Positions 38,873 to 48,916 of a DNA stretch of 64,000 bases are shown piece after piece. Position numbers and translations under genes: made by a program. Numbering within the stretch: the first letter of the stretch is position 1; every line of letters begins with the position of its first letter. The notes beneath the pieces are model-generated. The model was not told where the DNA came from. It searched no databases and saw only the letters and a list, made by a program, of their open reading frames with translations. This DNA comes from Octopus bimaculoides (lineage: Eukaryota), in assembly GCF_001194135.2 (NCBI RefSeq), contig NC_068987.1:29167735-29231734 (forward strand). Reading direction: 5' to 3'.

Positions 38873-40779
38873 TACACATGTATGTGTGCTTGTGTAAACG
38901 TATATATTTAATGAATATCAATAGATTGGTCGTTGGCTTACGAGTACTGCTCGAGTGTTGTTTTCTGATAATTCTGAATTTACATTATGAGTATGTATTT
39001 TTCTAGGTATCAGAAAACTCAAAATATTTGCTCCTAGCCCCAATACACAAAATATTATTAATGAAAGTTTTGAGTTCCCTCTTCTTAATTAGTGAGAACA
39101 TATATAAATTTTGATTCCATGTAAATTTAATTTCACTATGGTGCAGAATAATTTTAACAAGTTTCAAACTACTTTAGTTTAATTAAACATTGCAGTTCGA
39201 AACGTCTCGCCGATTACTTATGGCAAAGTTTCAGACGGAATATATTTTTTTTCGCTAATCATTGTCTATCAGCGAGTGGATATACTGCAGCTCGGCTAGT
39301 GGAAGTGCACATCGTATGTTACATTCTCGGCAACCTCTTATAAAATCGGAAGAAAATATTAAACAGAGGGAAAAGTCATGATTTCTTGTAAAAAAAAAAT
39401 ATGATTATGTAACATTAGGAAGCAAAATTTGTTTTGTCCGACAAAATTTGTTATAAGCTTTAAGAGAATTTTCGATAATAGGTTGTAAAAGTTTCTTAAC
39501 TTTTATACTATTAGTCTATATCAGTCTTTCAGATACATTTATATGCGATATACATATATATTTAATGTTTATTTATTATCTTGTTTTAATTATTTTATTT
39601 TAATCAATGCAAATTATCATCATCATTAATCTCAACTAGTGACGAGAAAAGTGTGTGCAATCACACTCGCTAAAATTAATAATATTTACGATATTGGTTA
39701 TATGAATCGTGTAAATCCACATATGTTTATATTTCAAGATTGAATAATTTAAATATTAATAATTTGATTTTGAAAAATTAAGGAAAATCGATAGAATATC
39801 AATTAGTCATCGACCTACGTTATGCTGAATGTAATTCAATTCAATAATGTATCTTCGATAAAAAAAAAAGATTTGTGAATTCCATGCTAATATATTGAAG
39901 TGCAACGAATCAATTTTGACCAGACTTGTTGTTATTATTGTTATTTTTGTTAGTTTCAGGTCATCCGTGATTGAGCAGCAAAGGGTAAAATATATCGAAA
40001 CCATAAACCTACTATATTTTCTTCTAGGTACACTGTATCAAGCTCTTTGTTGTCCATTGTTTATTATGTTACACTGCTTATCACGATTCTTGTCCTTGAA
40101 TAGCAACTATTATTTCCTATTGCCTCACCTGTAGACATTATGAAAAATAGTTAATATTTCCTTAAAAAATTCCTTTTGTTACATGTATTCAAACCCAAAG
40201 AATCGCCCTCAACGCATGGCTACGATGTCCCCACCACCTCTACTCCTGTTCATGATCAGTGATCAAAGTTGCATATATTATCTGTCTCTAAGGGACATGC
40301 TCAGGTGGTTAAGATCAAGTAATTGAGGATTAAATATGTGGTATTGAGCAGAATATTTTCAACAATGGTATTTGGCCTTCAGTTACTCACTGCTGAATCT
40401 GAAATGTATTGGAAAATAGATCAGCCTCGAAACATTAATGTCAAGTCACAAAAGAAAGGTGTGAAGCGAAAAGTAGTCGTTTTCTTTGATTTCTAGATTG
40501 AAGCAAATACGAAATAAGACTTATTGACCAAGACAAAAATTTTCTTACACAGTGTTATTCTTAGATGGTACATAGGCTTTACTAATGTTAAACATGGTAA
40601 TGCAACCTTCTGATCATGTTGACCGCTTATCAAATGCGTTTCAGCCGTAACACAGATGCAATATTTCAGTGTGCCAACTAGGTTAACCCCAACAACGAAG
40701 TTCAACAGCTACTGGAGTTGGGGCTTAACTTGCAAAGGAAAGTAAACAGTATTAGACTGTGCAGTATTAGACTCTCACC

Positions 40780-41345
40780 TTACAGCTGATGTTCAATGAA
40801 TGCTGGGAAGAATTCTTTGACGACCCGAACGAGATAAACATTGCAATACAGTAACTCCTAGGACTCTAAGGTAGCAGCAACTCGCATTGAGACTTGAACA
40901 AGTCTACAAGGATGTGCTGATGATAGAGGCGAGTAAACTGAGAAATGGCTGAAATAGAAAAAGTCCAACAGCTTCTCCAAAATAGGCATAAGCAGGATTA
41001 AATGAATCACTGGTAAACAATACGGTGCAGCTCGATCGAAAAGAAGTGAACAACATTCAGAAGCTGAAAAATACTAAGTATAAATCCTGGCTGACCGATA
41101 ACGAATATGATGCTTCATATAGGCTGTCTACGACACTTTGCCGATCTCCAAAATCCGACACACCTAGAGCCGGATTGAAATGTTCTTCTGCTCAATCTGT
41201 AATGGAAGAGAATCCTTTTAAACACCCCTTGAAGAGGATTATGACAACTACTCAGTTCAGTAAACACTGTTCGAGGAGGAAACCGTCCACCTTTTTAAAA
41301 CTCGAGAGAAGCCTTGTTCACTGCTACGAACAACATCTCTGGGTT
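40780..41345 (+). mobile_element. Highly decayed RTE-like LINE RT fragment
   Basis: Patchy motifs ECWEEFFDDPN, ILADR, QF and EALFT in the order expected for the RTE linker and RT N-terminus; many stops and frameshifts. Confidence 0.45.
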
Positions 41346-42884
41346 TTTTTTTGGTTTTTTTTTACTTTACTACAGCTAGGATTGGATCGACTAAACAACT
41401 AAAGTTCTTTAATCGTAGAATCATCGATTCGCTGTAAATGATCGTCTCAGATTCTACTATGTACTCATTTGGAAGCTCACTGTTCCTTGCGATGTAGACG
41501 TGGAGGATGGTCATTAGAAGCTAATTAAACGTTCGGATTCAGTGATGCAATGCAGAAACCGTAGTGAACATGTTGGTAATTAATCTCAGTGGGCTGCTGG
41601 AGGTTTGTGGTATGATCACTTTGCAAAACCTCAGTTGGTTTCGAATCATTTGTAGAGCACGTAGGAGTAGGCAAACTCCCAAATGTTGCACAAATGATTG
41701 CAGAACTGAAGCAACAGAATAAGTTAAATGGTTTGAGAAAATCGTTGGCTTCTTGCTAGTGGGAAAATTGGGTGAGAATTGAGCAATTCAGCTGGATGAA
41801 TTGGGTGAAGAGTTCTGATGTTGAAAGACCCGAGCCTCCTCCCTTACACACCCACGCGCATACACACTGTTTTAAGAACATTACTGACGATGCATCACAG
41901 ACGTCTCTTGAAACTATTTGAGTGTATGGTTTGTTTGAGTGTATGTATGTATGCATATATATATATATATATANNNNNNNNNNNNNNNNNNNNNNNNNNN
42001 NNNNNNNNNNNNNNNNNNNNNNNNNNNNNNNNNNNNNNNNNNNNNNNNNNNNNNNNNNNNNNNNNNNNNNNNNNNNNNNNNNNNNNNNNNNNNNNNNNNN
42101 NNNNNNNNNNNNNNNNNNNNNNNNNNNNNNNNNNNNNNNNNNNNNNNNNNNNNNNNNNNNNNNNNNNNNNNNNNNNNNNNNNNNNNNNNNNNNNNNNNNN
42201 NNNNNNNNNNNNNNNNNNNNNNNNNNNNNNNNNNNNNNNNNNNNNNNNNNNNNNNNNNNNNNNNNNNNNNNNNNNNNNNNNNNNNNNNNNNNNNNNNNNN
42301 NATCGTCTCTAGCTTTGTTTCATCATTGCTAATGGAAAATGAAAAAAATCTCTAACCTCAATTACAGTGAATTCTCCTCCTTAGGGATTGATTGTGCATT
42401 CTTTGCCTATTATGATTTCTTCATTTATATCTTTCCATTTCCTGTTTATTTAACAACGTTAGAAATTAAATATACTCTTGTGATATGCTAAATCTTTTCT
42501 GATTTAAAATCTCAGAAGAATATACGTTGTTTTTAATCTTACCAGAATTCAAAACAATAATTTTCAGTTGAATGTAGGAAACGTTCTAGAATTATAATCA
42601 AGTTAGGTGTAATGTTAAGCACAACAAATTCATTCTGATTTTATTGATTGAAACAATAATGTAATTTATACATTTCCCATTTTTACGAGTATGAAGATCA
42701 TCACCGTCATATATGTTGTGTTTTTGTATATTACTTCAGATAGTATTGTTATACGCACTACCCATTCCTTGTACGTGACTTTTTTTTTTCAAAAGGTTCT
42801 CACTAGCCCTATATGCTATATGCTATAGAAACGGCTTATTTATAAGTTAGAACCTTTAGAATCATTGGTATGTTTTATTCTTTT

Positions 42885-43054
42885 ACTTTACTCTTTTACT
42901 TGTTTTAGTCAAGCAAATCGACCCCAGGACTTATTCTTTGTAAGCCTAGTACTTATTCAATTGGTCACTTTTGCCGAAATGCTAAGGTACGGGGAAATAA
43001 ACACACCAGTATCGGTTGTCAAGCGATGTTGCGGGGACAGACACAGACACACAA

Positions 43055-43119
<65 letters not shown>

Positions 43120-43130
43120 CGATGGGCTTC
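42885..43130 (-). mobile_element. SINE family B copy running into a gap
   Basis: atcgaccccaggacttattctttgtaagcctagtacttattc..ggttgtcaagcgatgttg..(CA)n(TA)n..acgatgggcttc. Confidence 0.85.
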
Positions 43131-43853
43131 NNNNNNNNNNNNNNNNNNNNNNNNNNNNNNNNNNNNNNNNNNNNNNNNNNNNNNNNNNNNNNNNNNNNNN
43201 NNNNNNNNNNNNNNNNNNNNNNNNNNNNNNNNNNNNNNNNNNNNNNNNNNNNNNNNNNNNNNNNNNNNNNNNNNNNNNNNNNNNNNNNNNNNNNNNNNNN
43301 NNNNNNNNNNNNNNNNNNNNNNNNNNNNNNNNNNNNNNNNNNNNNNNNNNNNNNNNNNNNNNNNNNNNNNNNNNNNNNNNNNNNNNNNNNNNNNNNNNNN
43401 NNNNNNNNNNNNNNNNNNNNNNNNNNNNNNNNNNNNNNNNNNNNNNNNNNNNNNNNNNNNNNNNNNNNNNNNNNNNNNNNNNNNNNNNNNNNNNNNNNNN
43501 NNNNNNNNNNNNNNNNNNNNNNNNNNNNNNNNNNNNNNNNNNNNNNNNNNNNNNNNNNNNNNNNNNNNNNNNNNNNNNNNNNNNNNNNNNNNNNNNNNNN
43601 NNNNNNNNNNNNNNNNNNNNNNNNNNNNNNNNNNNNNNNNNNNNNNNNNNNNNNNNNNNNNNNNNNNNNNNNNNNNNNNNNNNNNNNNNNNNNNNNNNNN
43701 NNNNNNNNNNNNNNNNNNNNNNNNNNNNNNNNNNNNNNNNNNNNNNNNNNNNNNNNNNNNNNNNNNNNNNNNNNNNNNNNNNNNNNNNNNNNNNNNNNNN
43801 NNNNNNNNNNNNNNNNNNNNNNNNNNNNNNNNNNNNNNNNNNNNNNNNNNNNN

Positions 43854-44190
43854 GATCAACGGAACAGCCTGCTCGTGAAATTAACGTGCAAGTGGCTGAG
43901 CACTTCACAGACACGTGTATCCTTAACGTACTTCTCGGGGATATTCAGCGTGAAACAGTGTGACAAGGCTGGCCCTTTGGATTACAGGCACAACAGAAAC
44001 AGGAAGTAAGAGTGAGAGAAAGTTGTGGTGAAAGAGTACAGCAGGGTTCACCACCATCCCCTGCCGGAGCCTCATGGAGCTTTAGGTGTTTTCGCTCAAT
44101 AAACACTCACAATGCCCGGTCTGGGAATCGAAATCGCGATCCTATGAGCGCGAGTCCGCTGCCCTAAACACTGGGCCATTGTGCCTCCAA
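43854..44190 (-). mobile_element. SINE family C with intact tRNA-like head
   Basis: The minus strand starts ggaggcacaatggcccagtgtttagggcagcggactcgcgctcataggatcgcgatttcgattcccagaccggg: A box TGGCCCAGTG, B-box-like TTCGATTCC, tRNA-sized spacing. Confidence 0.85.
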
Positions 44191-44529
44191 TACATTGTGC
44201 CCCGAATAATACAGCCGTGTTATTAAACAATACTCAGTCGCTTGAGCTTCCTGAAATACTATACAAAACTCTCCTTAATTTTTTCAATGTTTCGTCTTAA
44301 ATAAGGAAAGGACATATTGGAAATGCTGCTCAGTATATTTCCAAGAAGCCATGACATTCATGAGTGCAGTCCCGTTTTCATCAATTCTCTTCTCTTTTAG
44401 TGTTTGAATCATGCTCGTATTTACGTTCCGAGTTCAAATTATTATTATTGCCATTAAACATTTTACCCGGTGTGCTAACAATTCAGCCAGTTCACCACGT
44501 CAATAATAATAATAATAATGATAATAATT

Positions 44530-45170
44530 TCTTTTATTGGCGACAAGGGTCCAAGACATGGAAGAGAATATCGAAGGACGAGTTACATCAAAACCAAAAA
44601 ATTACAAAAACGTGTAGGGTAAACATCAATGAAGGGGAGATACTAACACATTTAAGGCTATAACAGAGGATGTAGAGTAGCAAGTAGAGACATAAATAAT
44701 AAATAAATAGAATCCTCAATAGCGGGTCAGTCCAGTAATATGGAGCAACTCCCTAACAAAAATACCGGATTACTTTGCCAATTCCAAGGCATGGGAAAAT
44801 GCCCTCTTCCAGTTTCTTTCCTCCTACTTAGAAAAGTATATTCATATTAGATCCATTCAATTTCACCAGTCTTGCCACTGTCGACCACCTTTTGATAAAC
44901 ACACTAGAAGGCAGCACCTCCCTCTCTACCCTCACCTTGCTCTTCAAATGATATTTGAAGAAACTGATGAGGGCTTGACCAGATAGAAATGTTCCTGTGT
45001 TCAAACCTTTCAGTCGCCTCCACCACAGCCATTTTTGCCACAGCCACTAGGTAGAGAAAAACCTGCCTTCCTTCTCTTCTAAGCGGTGCGTCGATCTTCT
45101 CTATACAGACAGCTGAATTCGCCTTACACGCGACATCATCTGTTCCACACAATCTGACAACTCTCTAATT
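44530..45170 (-). mobile_element. Tx1/L1-like LINE 3' end with AATAAA and an (ATT)n tail
   Basis: ORF 44904-45152 (IEKIDAPLRREGRQVFLYLVAVAKMAV..) continues after a stop into QRWSTVARLV. The minus strand ends ..gtcgccAATAAAagaa(att)n at about 44500-44540. The clade call is from recollected motif similarity. Confidence 0.55.
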
Positions 45171-45302
45171 CACGGACACTGCCAGCACATGACAACGTTT
45201 CCCTAAAAGAAATGGAGAAACTTTCAAAATACGAAGACCTGGAACTAGAGGTAACTCGAATGTGGTATCGAAAAACAGAAACAATCCCTATCATAGTAGG
45301 CG
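45171..45302 (+). mobile_element. RLE-type LINE endonuclease fragment
   Basis: Frame AHDNVSLKEMEKLSKYEDLELEVTRMWYRKTETIPIIVG matches the EKxxKYxDL..IPIxVGALG motif seen at 17750 and 26100. Confidence 0.8.
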
Positions 45303-46075
45303 TTTCTTTTATTTTTAGCAGATATCCAGCTTCTTTTTATTTCTAGCCGCAGAGGCTGCAGCGTATATTATATCATTTAGCCTGGTCATATTGACATTTA
45401 TTTCTATGGCTATTGGTTACTTGATGGCCATGTACATGCTACTTATTATTCATGTTGTTTTATTATCATTTTTAATTTTTGAGAGGTATAATCGCTGGTC
45501 CATACTGAGATAAGTTGTTTTTAATTCTTTGATTATGCTCATTGTTAAAGTATCATAATCATTAGTTTCACATTCGCTGTTTACAGGTCTTAGATTTGTT
45601 CCATAGTCCCTCCATATTTGTTCCATATTATTGTCTCTGGTGTTCTGGTTTGGTGCATTTCGCTCATCATTATACATTCCTACGGTCTGGGTGTGTTGTA
45701 TTTCGTTCTTTACTTCGGTTTTGTTGATGTTACGTCTGTTTTTGTATTTTATTTACGGGACATAAGAAATAACGCCCCGCCCTTTATTTTGATGGTCATC
45801 CTTTTCGTAGGGTACCGGTCCGTTCATTTCTCGTGTTAAATTGTTTTGCACGTGTAGTCTTTTTATAATTTTTGTGTAACAAGTTTTAAGTACGCATTTC
45901 CCGTTTATTATCCTTGGGCTGAATATTACGGATATTATTTAATTTAATTTTCATTTCTTGTGCATGGTGTTTGGGGAAGAAAATGGTCTGATGTTGATTG
46001 GATCGTAATGTGGTGAGAGTGTTTACAAGTGTTGTGCCAGTGATGGATGATACACACTTAAAATGCAACATTTCA
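45303..46075 (-). mobile_element. RLE-type LINE N-terminal ORF fragment, degenerate
   Basis: ORFs 45886-46071 and 45450-45677, plus RLNDIIYAAAS at about 45350-45390, resemble the N-terminal region of single-ORF RLE LINEs. Confidence 0.5.
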
Positions 46076-46205
46076 TTTGGAAAAAGAAATAAATTTTAAT
46101 GAGTATTTCTTACTCGGATACAGTCCAAAACTTTCAATAAGTTTTATTTATATGGCTATATTTCAACACTTTGTCAGTGTGGCGAGCGTGTTTTTATTAT
46201 TATTA

Positions 46206-46419
46206 AAGCGGTGAGCTGGCAGAATCGTTAGCACGCTGGGCGAAATGCTTTGCAGTATTTCGTCCGCCTTGACGTTCTGAGTTCAAATTCCGCCGCTCTC
46301 GACTTTGCTGTTCATCATTTCGTAATCGATAAAATAAGTATCACTTGAACACTGGAGGCTGATGCAATCGACTCGTCCCCGTCTCCGAAAATGGCTGCCC
46401 TTGTGGCAAAATTTGAAAC

Positions 46420-46459
<40 letters not shown>

Positions 46460-46656
46460 GAAAGCGGTGAGCTGGCAGAATCTGTAGCACGCCTGGCGAA
46501 ATTCTAAGCGGTACTTCGTTTGCCGCTACATTCTGAGTTCTAATTCTGTCGAGGTTGACTTCGGCTTCCATCCTTTCAGGTCGATAAATTAAGTACCACT
46601 GAAACAATGGGGTCGACGAAATCGACATATCTATTCCACCTCCAAATTTGAAACCG

Positions 46657-46693
<37 letters not shown>

Positions 46694-46930
46694 TATCATT
46701 ATTATTATTGAGGCAGTGAGGTAACAGAATCGTTAGCACACCGGGGGAAAGGATTAGCGGAATTTTGCCCGCCTTTACATTCTGAGATCAAACTTTGTCG
46801 AGATCGTCTTTGTCATTCGGGATCGGTAAAATAAACCCCAGTTGCGCAGTGAAATTGATGTGATCAACTTACCCCCTCCCCTGAACTTGCTCAATTTGAA
46901 GCGCTCTTATGCCAGAATTTGAAACGCTCA
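46206..46930 (+). mobile_element. Tandem array of three SINE family A copies (46206-46420, 46462-46655, 46712-46930) spaced by (ATT)n
   Basis: aaagcggtgagctggcagaatc occurs twice and aggcagtgaggtaacagaatcg once, each directly after (ATT)n and each ending ..aaatttgaaac + (ATT)n. Confidence 0.9.
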
Positions 46931-48607
46931 TTATTATTATTGTTGTTGTTCCTGTTGTTCTTATTAAGCAGTTTTCCTTTGCAAACATGTTGATTGTTTC
47001 TATATAAAATATAATCAGGAAATATAGTAACGCACCACAATTAAAATTATCGGTGTCTTTAAATCAGGCATTCAGACTTATTAAAATGCGCCATTTACGA
47101 GCGTCTACAAGAATATTGTATCTGTTTGATGAGTTGCTTTCACGGAGGTCAAATGGATACTCACCAACAGTTTAAATTTATTTTTAAATTTCAGTGCATC
47201 AAATCTGTTATGTATAAGTTTAAGGAGAAGTACACGACAGTAACGGCAAGATATTACGTCGAACCGAAGCATAAATAACTACTGTGATCCTGTAACAAAA
47301 TCATACTGATATTATAACGATATCATCTTGTTGCAAAATCATTACTGAGTCATTAAACTGGCTTGACTTGCAAAGAAAAATGGAATATTAAAATTTATTG
47401 AATGTAAAATAAAAGCAAAAAATATGTTAGAAGTTAGTCTCATCATTAATTAATGCTTGATAAACGATGATAAACTATGATGAGCAGTGATAAACGAAAA
47501 CCTCTTAAATCGTGAGTCTATTTAATAAAATCTATTTCACACTCCAATGATAGCATTTGATTTTATCTTTAAATTTATTCTCAGAAATCAGTCTACTATC
47601 CAATTAGTTTAGATCTCATTATACTAACATTAAAGTAATACAGAATGCGTTCGCAGTAAGCCGTCTTATTCACTCCACGCATGAGGCAGCAAATACAAAA
47701 CATATTTCTCATTCTTATCGTAGATATCAGTTCAATAACTGTACAGTTAGTGTTGTTTGAGTTGGTTAGTCTGGACTGTCAATATATTTCCTTATAATTT
47801 TGTCTGCAGAGACTGCATAAAACCCAGTATCTATTCCAGAAGATAATATTTTCTTCTATGAAGTTAAAAATACGAATGCACATTGAAAGCCTCATCATAA
47901 AAATGAGAGCAGCATATAGTGAAGAGTACTGCTGCATCAGTCAACAGAGATTTTATGTCGAAGATTCGTCAAGTGTTCTTTATCAAGTAGACCATTGTCC
48001 CATTATATGAAAGGATAATTGGCATGAAAACATGAAAAGCTTCGTGGATTCTTGAAAATCATTGCCAGCCAAAAAAACTTTTCTTTCGGCTCGACTACAT
48101 TCGGGAATATATATCATTGTAACAAAGGAAATTTAAAACAACTGCAATGGTTTGATTCTCCTGAATTTACTCAGGTGGTTGGGCAGCAAAAGTTGACGAT
48201 AAACTGAAATAGAAATACGACTAGAGACTTGGGCATACAGAAGCATGGTTTATTACAAATTATTTGCAATACTACGTAAATATTATAAATATAAATTTAT
48301 ATGTTGCTCTTCGGTTGGAAGCAAATGACTTTGGAACAGATTTAGATAAGCTGGGTATAATTAATTGAATATTGTATAAACTAAATACAACTCTAAAGAG
48401 CAATTATATTATTATATTATTCGAATCAGTACGGCTTTACGTTATGTACCACGAAGTTCCACCGAGACGAACATTGTGTCTTATCCATCTTGGGATCATA
48501 AATTCAAGTAGCAAACAAATAATGGATTTGACCTAATAACAATAAGTTCGGCTTTATTTACATTATTTACATTTGACGGATATTTGTCATCATCTTGTTT
48601 GTTATTT

Positions 48608-48651
48608 ACACAACGTTTCGGCTGATATACCCTCCAGCCTTCATAGGTCTC
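48608..48651 (-). ncRNA. Degenerate minimal type I hammerhead ribozyme motif (left arm)
   Basis: Minus strand: GAGAC CTATGA A GGCTG GAGGGTATAT CAGCC GAAA CGT T GTGT. Stem II (5 bp) and GAAA-CGU-U are intact; the core CUGAUGA lacks its first G; stem I is imperfect. Confidence 0.65.
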
Positions 48652-48698
48652 TTAGGGAAATATCGAACCAGGATTCTCATTCCTATGGTAATTTTCGA

Positions 48699-48735
<37 letters not shown>

Positions 48736-48871
48736 GTTGTTGTTGTTGTTGCCGTTCTTATTCAGGTCACGATACCTGAATAACAATAATAATAATAATA
48801 ATAATAATAATGATAATAATGACATCCAAAAATACTTTGGGAATGAGAACCCAGGTTCGAAATTTCCCCAA

Positions 48872-48916
48872 GACACCTGATAAAGCTGCAGAGTATATCA
48901 CCCGAAACGTTGTGTT
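48872..48916 (+). ncRNA. Degenerate minimal type I hammerhead ribozyme motif (right arm)
   Basis: GACAC CTGATAA AGCTG CAGAGTATAT CACCC GAAA CGT T GTGTT. Stem I (GACAC/GTGTT) is intact; the core reads CUGAUAA; stem II is damaged. Confidence 0.65.

Noticed and set aside
43854-44190. Possible tRNA gene (and similar A/B-box heads elsewhere)
   Set aside because: The heads continue into multi-copy SINE bodies and have degenerate B boxes and no clean cloverleaf. They are SINEs, not tRNA genes.
46206-46930. Repeat-spacer-like periodicity resembling a CRISPR array
   Set aside because: The units are about 200-bp SINEs with microsatellite spacers in eukaryotic DNA; no cas genes or short constant repeats.
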